Both the position numbers and the translations under genes were made by a program. Of a stretch of DNA of 64,000 nucleotides, positions 45,192 to 53,754 are shown one piece after another. The notes under the pieces were generated by a model. The model was not told the origin of the DNA and searched no databases. It was given only the letters and a program-made list of their open reading frames with translations. Where the stretch lies: contig JAXLTC010000001.1 in assembly GCA_046330255.1 (NCBI GenBank), forward strand, positions 743,787-807,786, written 5' to 3'. Origin of the DNA: Solirubrobacteraceae bacterium. Its GTDB lineage: Bacteria; Actinomycetota; Thermoleophilia; Solirubrobacterales; Solirubrobacteraceae. Numbering within the stretch: position 1 is the stretch's first letter; every line of letters starts with the position of its first letter.

Positions 45192-47989
45192 GCACGCACG
45201 TAATAGCTGTAGGAGGTCCGGGAGGCAACGGTGGAGTCGGTGAAGGTGGTCGACGGGCCCTGCCAGGAGACCAGCCGCCCGGTCTGCCCGCCTCCGTCGC
45301 GGAACACCAGGTAGCCGAACGCGATCGGATCAGGGCTGGCGGTCCAGACGACCCGGACAGCGCCCGGGCCGAGCGACGCCGCCGTGGGCGACGAGGGAGG
45401 GGCGAGCGGCGTCTTCGGGGTCGTCACCGTCAGCGGCGCGTTGGCGACGCTCTGGCGACCCAGAAGGTCCCAGGCCTTGACGGTGTAGGTGTAGGTCGTC
45501 TCGGGCGCCACCGTCGAGTCGGTGAAGGTGGTGGACGGGCCCTGCCAGGAGACCAGCCGCCCGGACTGCCCGCCTCCGTCGCGGAAGACCAGGTAGCCGT
45601 AGGCCAGCGGGTCGGGACTGGCCCCCCAGGAGAGCGCCACCGAGTTCGAGCCGACGCTCGTCGTGCTCGCGGCGCCCGCCGGATCCAGCGGCACCGCGGG
45701 GCTGGATACGCTCGCGGGCGGCCCGAGCACTCCGTAGGAGTAGGACGGGCGCACCGTGTAGGTGTAGGAGACGCCGCGCTGGGCGGTCGCATCGATGTAT
45801 CCCGGCTGCGCCTGGAAGGAGAGGAGCTGGTCGGTCTGGCCGCCGCCGCTTCGGTACACCATGTACCCGTCGAGCGAGATCTCGCGGTTCGGGTTCCACG
45901 CAAGCGCGACGCCGTTGGCGATGCGCGTCGCCGAGAGGCCGGTGGGCGCCGAGGGGTCGGCCGGGTAGAGCTCGATCGTCTTGGTGTCGCTGAGCCCGCC
46001 CGGGTCGGTCACGGTCAGCTGAAGCTCGAGGTGCGACGGGTACTCGTGGTCGGGTGCGGTGAACGTGCCGCTGCGCGTGCCGGTGAACGTCTGCACGAAG
46101 TGCGTGTGGCACTGGTTGGGATCGATGCTGGAGCAGTGGCGGAGGTTGAGCTGCCAGGTGAACGCCGAGTCCGGCAGGTTCGCGGTCTCGGCGTCGACCG
46201 CGCTCCCGGAGAAGGACACCTGGTCGCCGACCAGCCAGCGCAACGTCGCGGCGGGCGTGTCGATCTTGGCCGTGGGGGGCGTGTTCCCGATCTGGATCTG
46301 ACGGGAGGTCGTGTCGCTGGCTCCGACTTGGTCGGTGACGCGCAGGCGCACCGTGTAGGTGCCGGCAGCCGCGTAGGTGTGCGAAGGCGTCGCGCTGGTG
46401 GAGTCACCGAACGTCCCGTCTCCGTCCAGGTCCCAGGAGTAGGTGAGCACGTCGGCCGCGTCGGGGTCGGTCGAGCCGCGCCCGTCGAAGTTGATCGTCG
46501 TCCCGGGCGAACCGGTCGTGCGATCGGCCTGGATCACCGCGGTCGGCGACTGGTTGCCCGCGGTGTAGCGCGCGCGGTGGATCTGCCCGTCGACGATGTC
46601 CGCCCACCACAGGTCGCCGCCCGGGCCGATCACGAGCTTGACCGGGAACACCTGCCCGGCGAAGCGGCTGAGGTTGTTGGGGTCGGGCAGGCCGTTCGCC
46701 CCGCGGCGCATCGTGTAGATGCACTGGCGGGTGTAGTCGGACCAGAAGAGCGCGCCGTCGTAGGAGGAGGGGTAGGGCCCGCCGGAGCCGGGCGCAAACG
46801 CGACCCCCGAGATCGAGTTGCCTCCGCCGGCGCACCCGTCGCCGGGCACCACACGGCTGTTCGAGTACTGGGCGAAGTACGGCTTGGTGTCAGTGCCCGC
46901 CGCGTAGAGGCTGTCGCAGAGCGATAGGTGCAACTGCTCCCAGGCGCTCTGGCGCTCGTTGCCCTCGAAACACGGCCAGCCGAAGTTCGGCGCGGCCGCC
47001 CCGGTCGGGTTCTGGATGCGGTCGATCTCGTCCGCGCGGTCCCAGCCGACCTCGCCGGCGAAGATCTCGCTCGTCCCGGGCCGGAACGTGAAGCGGAACG
47101 GGTTGCGGAATCCGTAGGCGACGATCCGCTTCGCGTTGTCGTCCGCGCCCGGCGTCGAGAAGAACGGGTTGCCGCTCAGCGGCGCGGCCGTGTCCGGATC
47201 CACGCGGATGATCGATCCGTTCAGATCGGTCGGGTCGCCGAGCGTGCGCACGTCCTGCGAGCGCAACGACCCGCCCTGCGCGCCGGGGGGCGTCATCGAG
47301 CCGCCCACACCGCCCGGCGCGTCGCCGCACGGGTTGACCTGCGGCCAGCCGAACTGGCCGTAGTCGGGGGTCGCCTTGAAGCTGGCGCCGTCGCCCCCGC
47401 TCGCATACAGCTTCCCGTCGGGGCCGAACTGGATGTCGCCGATCGAGTGGCTCGGGTACTGCTGGCACCAGTCGTTCAGCAGCACCTGCTCGCCGACGGC
47501 CTGGTTGCCGCTGAGCGTCAGGCGCGAGAGGCGGCCGCTGACCACGCAGCCCTGGTCGTTGCCGCCCGGCGGGTCGGGGCAGGAGTCGTCGTCACTGTCG
47601 GGGCTCCCCCAGCGCGGTGCACTGCCGCCGATCGCCGCGTCGTAGGTGTAGAGGATGTACAGGTAGGGCCGCGCCGGGTACTGCGGGTCGAGCGCCATCC
47701 CCAGCAGCCCGCGGTCCCAGTAGTTGTTGACCTCGGTGCGCAGGTCGGCCACGACATCGGGCGTCGTGTCGCTGAACGAGTCGAAAACCTTGATGACGCC
47801 GCGCTTCTCGGCGACGAACACCCGGCCATCCGGCGCGAAGGCGAAGTTGATGGGCTGGTTGAGCCCCTGGAACACCGTGACGTCGCGGAAGCCGCTCGGG
47901 AGCACGGACGCCGACGCGGGCGCGCCGCCCGTTACCAGGCCTGCGAGGACCGCGCCCAGCGCGAGGTGTCTTCGGAACGAGCGCGACAT
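45131..47989 (-). CDS. secreted PQQ-dependent (glucose/sorbosone-type) sugar dehydrogenase beta-propeller + PKD + Ig-like + three FN3 domains
   Basis: ATG at 47989 with a signal peptide. Propeller motifs GRVFVAEKRGVIKV, GLLGMALDP, HSIGDIQFGPDGKLY and AYGFRNPFRF. PKD domain (YSWDLDGDG..TYTVRLRVTD). Three C-terminal FN3-like repeats. 952 aa. Confidence 0.85.
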   Translation of the reverse strand: MSRSFRRHLALGAVLAGLVTGGAPASASVLPSGFRDVTVFQGLNQPINFAFAPDGRVFVAEKRGVIKVFDSFSDTTPDVVADLRTEVNNYWDRGLLGMALDPQYPARPYLYILYTYDAAIGGSAPRWGSPDSDDDSCPDPPGGNDQGCVVSGRLSRLTLSGNQAVGEQVLLNDWCQQYPSHSIGDIQFGPDGKLYASGGDGASFKATPDYGQFGWPQVNPCGDAPGGVGGSMTPPGAQGGSLRSQDVRTLGDPTDLNGSIIRVDPDTAAPLSGNPFFSTPGADDNAKRIVAYGFRNPFRFTFRPGTSEIFAGEVGWDRADEIDRIQNPTGAAAPNFGWPCFEGNERQSAWEQLHLSLCDSLYAAGTDTKPYFAQYSNSRVVPGDGCAGGGNSISGVAFAPGSGGPYPSSYDGALFWSDYTRQCIYTMRRGANGLPDPNNLSRFAGQVFPVKLVIGPGGDLWWADIVDGQIHRARYTAGNQSPTAVIQADRTTGSPGTTINFDGRGSTDPDAADVLTYSWDLDGDGTFGDSTSATPSHTYAAAGTYTVRLRVTDQVGASDTTSRQIQIGNTPPTAKIDTPAATLRWLVGDQVSFSGSAVDAETANLPDSAFTWQLNLRHCSSIDPNQCHTHFVQTFTGTRSGTFTAPDHEYPSHLELQLTVTDPGGLSDTKTIELYPADPSAPTGLSATRIANGVALAWNPNREISLDGYMVYRSGGGQTDQLLSFQAQPGYIDATAQRGVSYTYTVRPSYSYGVLGPPASVSSPAVPLDPAGAASTTSVGSNSVALSWGASPDPLAYGYLVFRDGGGQSGRLVSWQGPSTTFTDSTVAPETTYTYTVKAWDLLGRQSVANAPLTVTTPKTPLAPPSSPTAASLGPGAVRVVWTASPDPIAFGYLVFRDGGGQTGRLVSWQGPSTTFTDSTVASRTSYSYYVRAWDLIGRNSTAAGPAAVTTP
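45134..45690 (-). repeat. about 282-bp tandem duplication (two near-identical FN3 modules)
   Basis: 45241-45350 versus 45522-45630 are about 90% identical by eye. Protein repeats: ASPDP(I/L)A(F/Y)GYLVFRDGGGQ(T/S)GRLVSWQGPSTTFTDSTVA. Confidence 0.8.
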
Positions 47990-48093
47990 ACCACCAGCGA
48001 CGACAGCCCCCCAGGTGCCGTCGATTCTCTCAGGTTCCTCGCAGTCGGCGATGGTCCTGCCCGACAGGAGCGGCGCAAATTCCGGCTTTGTCG

Positions 48094-49611
48094 TCAGCCT
48101 CGCCGCGGGATGCCCTGGCGGAAGCGGAAGAGGCCGTCCGGGTCGTAGCGGCGCTTGGTGGCGATCAGCCGCGGCAGGTTGCGGCCGTAGTAGGCGCGCT
48201 CCCAGCCCTCGAGCTCCGGGTCGATGTAGTTCTGGTAGGCCGCTCCCGAGACGTAGGGCCTCAGCGCGCGGTGCGCCCCGCGCAGCCAGCGCGCAGCGCC
48301 GCCCGCCTGTCCCGCGCCGGACCACGAGCTGAACCACTGGATCGAGTAGAGCTCGTCGCGGTGGACGAACGCCGTGGCGCTCGCCGGCACCCGATTGATC
48401 GCGCCCCCATAGGAGTCGAGGATCGCCGCGACGCCCGCGCCGAGCCCGCCGGCGCCCGCGACGGCGTGCACGAGCCGCTCGCGCCCGGCCGCCGGCAGCG
48501 GCCGGCGCACGTAGTCCGACTTCGCGGCGAACGCCTGGTGCGCGGGCCGAGCGCACGCGGCCACCGACTGGCCCAGGCATCCCGCCCAGCGCAGCTGCAG
48601 GCGCAGGTAGGAGTCGGACCCGACCGTGAGCGCGGGAGTGCCCACGCGCGTCAGCGGGCGGATCGTACGCCGCAGCGCCGCCGCGGAGCCGAAGAACTGG
48701 CCGAGCGCCGTGATCGTCGCGCCGCCGCCACCGCCGCCGCCGGCGAGCGTGCACAGCGAGTAGAGCTGGTCGGGAGCGTGCGGCGCGAGCGCCTGCCACG
48801 CGGCGACCACCTCGGCCGCCTGCGCGAACGGCCAGCGCGCGAAGAAGAACGCAGCCGAGCGCGCGGGGTGCGCCCGGAAGCGGAACGCGGTGACGATCCC
48901 GAAGTTGCCGCCCCCGCCACCGCGGCAGGCCCAGAACAGGTCGGGGTGGCTGTCGCGGCTCGCGGTCAGCAGGCGCCCGTCGGCGGTGACGATCCGCAGC
49001 GCGACGATGCTGTCGCTGGTGGTTCCGAAGCGGCGTGCCGCGAGTCCCACGCCGCCGCCCAGCGCGAGCCCGCCGATCCCGACCGTCGGGCAGGAGCCGC
49101 CCGGGACCGTCACGCCCGAGCGGGCGAGCCCCGCATAGACGTCGATCAGCCGGGCGCCGGCGCCGACGACCGCGGTGCGCGACGCGCGGTCGTAGCGGAC
49201 CGAGCGCAGGCGGCGCAGGTCGATCACCAGCCCACCGGGAACCGTCGAGTAGCCGGCGTAGGAATGCCCGCCGGAGCGCGCCACCATGCGGACGCCATAG
49301 CGCCGTGCCCAGCGGACGGCCGCCTGCACGTCGCTCTCGCGCTCGCACAGCAGCACCGCGAGCGGCGCCACGCCGTCGAAGCGCGCGTTGAAGACCCGCG
49401 CGGCGCTCGCGTATCCGCGTGCGCCCCTCGCCAGCACCGTCCCGCGCACGGCCCGCGCGAGCGCACGCAGCCGCGGGTCCGCGGCGGCCGAGCCGCCCGT
49501 CGCTCCGGCGACCGCCTCCCATCCGGGCCCCAGGCCGGTCGCGGTCGCGAGCGCGACTCCGCCGGCCCGAGCGAGGAACGCGCGGCGGTCGAGCCCCTCC
49601 ATGGCGCGCAC
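48094..49611 (-). CDS. Tat-exported FAD-binding oxidase with berberine-bridge (BBE) C-terminal domain
   Basis: Twin-arginine signal LDRRAFLARAGGVALA. FAD_binding_4 motif (RSGGHSY). C-terminal BBE motif YQNYID...RYDPDGLFRF. Confidence 0.85.
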   Translation of the reverse strand: MRAMEGLDRRAFLARAGGVALATATGLGPGWEAVAGATGGSAAADPRLRALARAVRGTVLARGARGYASAARVFNARFDGVAPLAVLLCERESDVQAAVRWARRYGVRMVARSGGHSYAGYSTVPGGLVIDLRRLRSVRYDRASRTAVVGAGARLIDVYAGLARSGVTVPGGSCPTVGIGGLALGGGVGLAARRFGTTSDSIVALRIVTADGRLLTASRDSHPDLFWACRGGGGGNFGIVTAFRFRAHPARSAAFFFARWPFAQAAEVVAAWQALAPHAPDQLYSLCTLAGGGGGGGATITALGQFFGSAAALRRTIRPLTRVGTPALTVGSDSYLRLQLRWAGCLGQSVAACARPAHQAFAAKSDYVRRPLPAAGRERLVHAVAGAGGLGAGVAAILDSYGGAINRVPASATAFVHRDELYSIQWFSSWSGAGQAGGAARWLRGAHRALRPYVSGAAYQNYIDPELEGWERAYYGRNLPRLIATKRRYDPDGLFRFRQGIPRRG

Positions 49612-49640
49612 GCTACTGCGCGCGCGAGACGGCGCCGGCG

Positions 49641-50306
49641 TCAGCCCGTGACCAGGCCCGAGATCCCGAGGTAGGTGAAGTAGGCGCCGGCCGCAACGGT
49701 GATCACCGCCAGGATCGCGGGCGCCCAGGCGAACACCCTGTCGCGCAGCCGCCCAAGGAACGGCTCGATCCGCTCGCCGGCGACCACGCGCGCGACCAGG
49801 ATCGCCACCAGCGGCAGGATGTAGCAGAGGTTGAAGATCACCATCGCGGCGATCGCGACGGGCGTGCTGGGGTCGCGCTTGACGATCCCGGCGATCACGG
49901 CGAAGTACGGGAACGCGGTCGGCAGGTCGACGGCCGTCATCCCGGCGCCGAGCGCGACCATCGAGCGCGGGTGGAGCGCCTTCTCCGGGATCTCCCGATT
50001 GGTGACCCGGTGCCGGTGGCGCCAGCCGATCGCGGCCGCCACGAAGGCGCCGACACCGATCGTGAGCGCCACTATCGAGTTGACGGTCGGCGAGAGCCCC
50101 TCGGTCGCGGTGCGCAGCAGGAAGCCGGGACCGAACAGCAGCAGCAGGCCACCGCCGAGGTACAGCACGAAGATCCCCGCGATGTAGCCGGCGAGGCGCC
50201 AGGCCGGGCGCTCGGTGGTGGCGATGAAGATCCCGACCGCGATCGTGATCGGGTTCAGCGAGTCGGCCAGGCCGAGGCCGATGACCAGGGGCAGCAGGTG
50301 GCTCAT
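49641..50306 (-). CDS. GAP-family (DUF2910/Sap-like) integral membrane protein
   Basis: Six hydrophobic helices. N-terminal LGLADSLNPITIAV pattern. Confidence 0.65.
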   Translation of the reverse strand: MSHLLPLVIGLGLADSLNPITIAVGIFIATTERPAWRLAGYIAGIFVLYLGGGLLLLFGPGFLLRTATEGLSPTVNSIVALTIGVGAFVAAAIGWRHRHRVTNREIPEKALHPRSMVALGAGMTAVDLPTAFPYFAVIAGIVKRDPSTPVAIAAMVIFNLCYILPLVAILVARVVAGERIEPFLGRLRDRVFAWAPAILAVITVAAGAYFTYLGISGLVTG

Positions 50307-50328
50307 CGCGCTCGCGGCATGCCCGCGC

Positions 50329-51876
50329 TCAGAGCGACTTCTTCAGGAGGCCGAAGATCCCGCGCACGACCTCGCGCTGCATCGCCTTGCCCTGGCGGCT
50401 GCCGAGGAAGTCGCCGAGCGCCTCGGCGCCGCCGGCGAGCGCTCCCGCCGCCTCCTCGTGCTCGGTACCCGCCTGCGCCTCGCCACCGGCGCCGGCGAGC
50501 GCGTCCGCTCCCTGCGCGGCGCCGGCGGGCGCGGGCGCCGCGAGTCGCTGCGCGAGCATCTCGCGGGCGCTCTGGGAATCGACGCGCTCGCCGTAGGCCG
50601 CCCACAGCGGCGACGCCTTGGCGGCGCCGTCGACGTCGTCGGCGGGACCCATCCGCGATGCCGGTGGCGCCATCCGCGTGTGGACCACCGGCGTCGGCAC
50701 CCCGGACTCCGAGAGGATCGTGACGGCCGCCTCGCCGATGCCCATGCTCGTGAGCAGCTTCTCGAGGTCGTAGAACTCGGACTCGGGAAACGTCTTGACG
50801 GTCGCGCGCAGCGCCTTCTCGTCGTCCGGCGTGAACGCTCGCAGCGCGTGCTGGATGCGGTTGCCGAGCTGGCCCAGCACGTCGGAGGGGATGTCCTTCG
50901 GCGTCTGCGTGACGAAGTAGACGCCGATCCCCTTGGACCGGATCAGGCGCACGGTCTGGGTGACGGAGTCCAGGAACGCCTTCGTCGCGTCGGAGAACAG
51001 CAGGTGCGCCTCGTCGAAGAAGAACGCCAGCTTCGGCTTCTCGAGGTCCCCGGCCTCGGGCAGCTCCTCGAAGAGCTCGGCCAGCAGCCACATCAGCGCG
51101 GTCGAGAACAGGGCGGGCTTGTCCTGCACCGCGGGCAACTCGAGGACCGAGATGATCCCGCGACCGTCCGGCGCGGTGCGCATCAGGTCGGCGACCTTCA
51201 GCTGCGGCTCGCCGAAGAGCTCGGTTCCCCCGCCCGCCTCCAGCCCGACCAGCGCGCGCAGGAGCACCCCGACGGTCTGCGAGGAGAGCCCTCCGATCCC
51301 CTCCAGCTCCGGCTTGCCGGCATCCGAGTCGAGGAACGTCAGCAGCGCGCGCAGGTCGGAGAGGTCCAGCAGCGGGAGCCCCTTCTGGTCGGCGTAGTGG
51401 AAGACGAGGCCGAGGCTCTGCTCCTGGGTCTCGTTGGAGCCGAGCGCCTTCGCGAGCAGTTGGGCACCGAAGTCGGAGACCGTCGCGCGCACCGGCACGC
51501 CCGGACCGATCCCGCCGAGCGAGAGGAACTCGACGGGGAAGGCCGCGGGCGCGAACGGCATGCCCAGCTCCTCCGCCCGCTTGGCGGCGGGGCCGTCGGC
51601 CTCGCCGGGCGCGGCGAGGCCCGACACGTCGCCCTTGACGTCGGCGACGAACACCGGCACGCCCGCGGCCGAGAGTTGCTCCGCCATGCCCTGGAGCGTC
51701 TTGGTCTTGCCGGTGCCGGTCGCGCCCGCGACGAGGCCATGCCGGTTGACCATCGCCAGCGGCAGCTTCACCACGGCATCCGGGGCCACCGCGCCGTCGT
51801 GCACGCCGCGCCCGAGGTCGAGCGCCGCCCCCTCGGCGGCGTAGGCCTGCGCGATCGTCGCCCCGAACTCCGCCAT
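50329..51876 (-). CDS. HerA-like ATPase, DUF853 (YjgR) family
   Basis: Walker A GATGTGKTKT, Walker B LAFFFDEAH, and the typical C-terminal Ala/Gly-rich tail. 515 aa. Confidence 0.85.
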   Translation of the reverse strand: MAEFGATIAQAYAAEGAALDLGRGVHDGAVAPDAVVKLPLAMVNRHGLVAGATGTGKTKTLQGMAEQLSAAGVPVFVADVKGDVSGLAAPGEADGPAAKRAEELGMPFAPAAFPVEFLSLGGIGPGVPVRATVSDFGAQLLAKALGSNETQEQSLGLVFHYADQKGLPLLDLSDLRALLTFLDSDAGKPELEGIGGLSSQTVGVLLRALVGLEAGGGTELFGEPQLKVADLMRTAPDGRGIISVLELPAVQDKPALFSTALMWLLAELFEELPEAGDLEKPKLAFFFDEAHLLFSDATKAFLDSVTQTVRLIRSKGIGVYFVTQTPKDIPSDVLGQLGNRIQHALRAFTPDDEKALRATVKTFPESEFYDLEKLLTSMGIGEAAVTILSESGVPTPVVHTRMAPPASRMGPADDVDGAAKASPLWAAYGERVDSQSAREMLAQRLAAPAPAGAAQGADALAGAGGEAQAGTEHEEAAGALAGGAEALGDFLGSRQGKAMQREVVRGIFGLLKKSL

Positions 51877-52053
51877 CGCTTCGCTCCCCTCTGCTCGCCC
51901 GCCGGTCGCGGCGGGACGCTAGCGGCTGCGAGGAGGGCGGGCGGGCTCGCCGCTGGCGGCCCGCCGAGCTCTGCGGGCTCGCTGGACGCTCGGCCGCCCG
52001 GGCTCGCCCCGCGACCGGGTTCCGCCCGGGCGCCGCGTGCTGCCCGTCAGGTC

Positions 52054-52218
52054 GCGAACTGCGGCAAGGGAGGAGGCCCCTTGCGCTCGCGGCGGGCGCG
52101 CCCCTCGCGAGAGTCGCCTTGACCGCGATTATTGCTGCAAACTCGCATCTCGCAACGCGGCCGCCCGAACGAGGCTGCTTTCGTTGCCGCCGTTCGCCAC
52201 GACTCGCGCCCGCGGCGG
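52054..52218 (+). repeat. structured intergenic element, copy D
   Basis: Arms GCGAACTGCGGCAAGGGAGGAG and CTGCTTTCGTTGCCGCCGTTCGC. Inner CTCGCG/CGCGAG hairpin, alternative GCGAGA/TCTCGC helix, and AT-rich core GATTATTGCTGCAAACT. Weaker homology to the copy A flank continues to about 52290. Confidence 0.75.
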
Positions 52219-52290
52219 GCGCGGAGCGACGCGGGGGCGGCCGGCCCGGGCATCGGCCCGCCGCACGCTCGGCCGCCGCGGGCAGGGCGG

Positions 52291-53703
52291 CTAGACCGGC
52301 GGCTCGGCGGCCGCGGGCTCCACGCCGGCGCGGCGGTCCCACTCCTGCTCGATCTCCTCGAGCGGCATGTCCTTGGTCTCCGGCACCAGGAGCATGCAGA
52401 AGAACCACGTGAAGACGCCGATGCCCGCGTAGATGAAGAACGCCGCGCTGTTGCCGACCGCGGCGAGCAGCGGCAGGAACGTCAGCGCGACGATGAAGTT
52501 GAACGTCCAGTTGGACATCGTCCCCACGCCCGCGGCCTTCGCGCGCACCCGCAGCGGGTAGATCTCCGCGTTGAGCAGCCAGAAGATCGGCCCCAGGCTC
52601 ATCGCGAACGACGCGACGTAGACCATCAGCGAGACGATCGCGATCGGCGCCGTCGCGCCGGAGTCCGTGCCCAGCGCGAACGCGATCCCGAGCGAGACGA
52701 GCGAGAGCACCATGCCCGCCACGCCGACGAGCAGCAACTGGCGGCGGCCGTGGTTCTTGAGCAACCGGATCGCCAGGACCGTGACGGCGACGTTCACCAC
52801 GCCGACGCCGATCGAGGCGAGGATCGCCGACGAGGACGAGCTGATGCCGGCGAACTCCACGATCGTCGGCGCGTAGTAGATGACGGTGTTGATGCCGGTG
52901 ATCTGCTGGAGGATCGCCAGGCCGACGCCGACCGTCAGCGCCGCGCGCATCGCGGGCGTGAGCAGGTCGCGGTAGGTGCCCTGGTCCTGCTGGAGAGTGG
53001 CCTCGATCTCGGCGAGCTCGTCGTCGACCTCGGTCTCGTCCTCGCGCGTCGCGCGCAGCACCGTGCGCGCCTCGCTGCGCTCGCCGATCATCACGAGCCA
53101 GCGCGGGCTGCGCGGCATGTAGAGCATCCCGGCGCCGAGCGCGAGCGCAGGCAGCGCGCCCAGCCCGAGCATCTCGCGCCAGCCCCCGCTCGACTCGAAC
53201 GCGAGCCCGACGAGGTAGGCGACGAGGATCCCGACCGTCACCGCGAGCTGGAACAGCGTCACGAGCTGGCCGCGCACCGCGACCGGCGCGACCTCCGCGA
53301 TGTAGACGGGGCAGGTCGCGGAGGCGAGTCCGACAGCGATGCCCAGCACCACGCGCGCGACGACGAGCACCTCGGCGTTCGGCGCGGCCGCGCACCCCAC
53401 GGAGCCGGCGATGAAGATCACCGACGCGATCAGGATCATCCGCCGGCGACCGAAGCGGTCCGCGAGCGTGCCGGCGATCGGCGCGCCGATGATCGCCCCG
53501 AGCGTCACCGCGCTCACGACTGCGCCCTGCCCGAAGTCGCCGAGGTCGAAGTCGTGGCGGATGAACAGGATCGCCGAGGCGACGATGCCGGTGTCGTAGC
53601 CGAACAGCAGCCCGCCGAGCGCCGCCACCGCGGCCGTGACCAGCACGTTCCGCCGTCCGCGGGAGGACTCCTTCGCCCGCAGCTCCTCCTTCCGCGAGGC
53701 CAT
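52291..53703 (-). CDS. MFS sugar porter (inositol/hexose:H+ symporter-like)
   Basis: 470 aa and 12 TM helices. Sugar-porter motifs GYDTG, LADRFGRRR, PRSPRWL and VPETKD. Confidence 0.9.
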   Translation of the reverse strand: MASRKEELRAKESSRGRRNVLVTAAVAALGGLLFGYDTGIVASAILFIRHDFDLGDFGQGAVVSAVTLGAIIGAPIAGTLADRFGRRRMILIASVIFIAGSVGCAAAPNAEVLVVARVVLGIAVGLASATCPVYIAEVAPVAVRGQLVTLFQLAVTVGILVAYLVGLAFESSGGWREMLGLGALPALALGAGMLYMPRSPRWLVMIGERSEARTVLRATREDETEVDDELAEIEATLQQDQGTYRDLLTPAMRAALTVGVGLAILQQITGINTVIYYAPTIVEFAGISSSSSAILASIGVGVVNVAVTVLAIRLLKNHGRRQLLLVGVAGMVLSLVSLGIAFALGTDSGATAPIAIVSLMVYVASFAMSLGPIFWLLNAEIYPLRVRAKAAGVGTMSNWTFNFIVALTFLPLLAAVGNSAAFFIYAGIGVFTWFFCMLLVPETKDMPLEEIEQEWDRRAGVEPAAAEPPV

Positions 53704-53754
53704 GTGGCCGCACCCTACGCGCCCGCCCGGTCGCCGCGCGCGGGGGCCGGTCGC

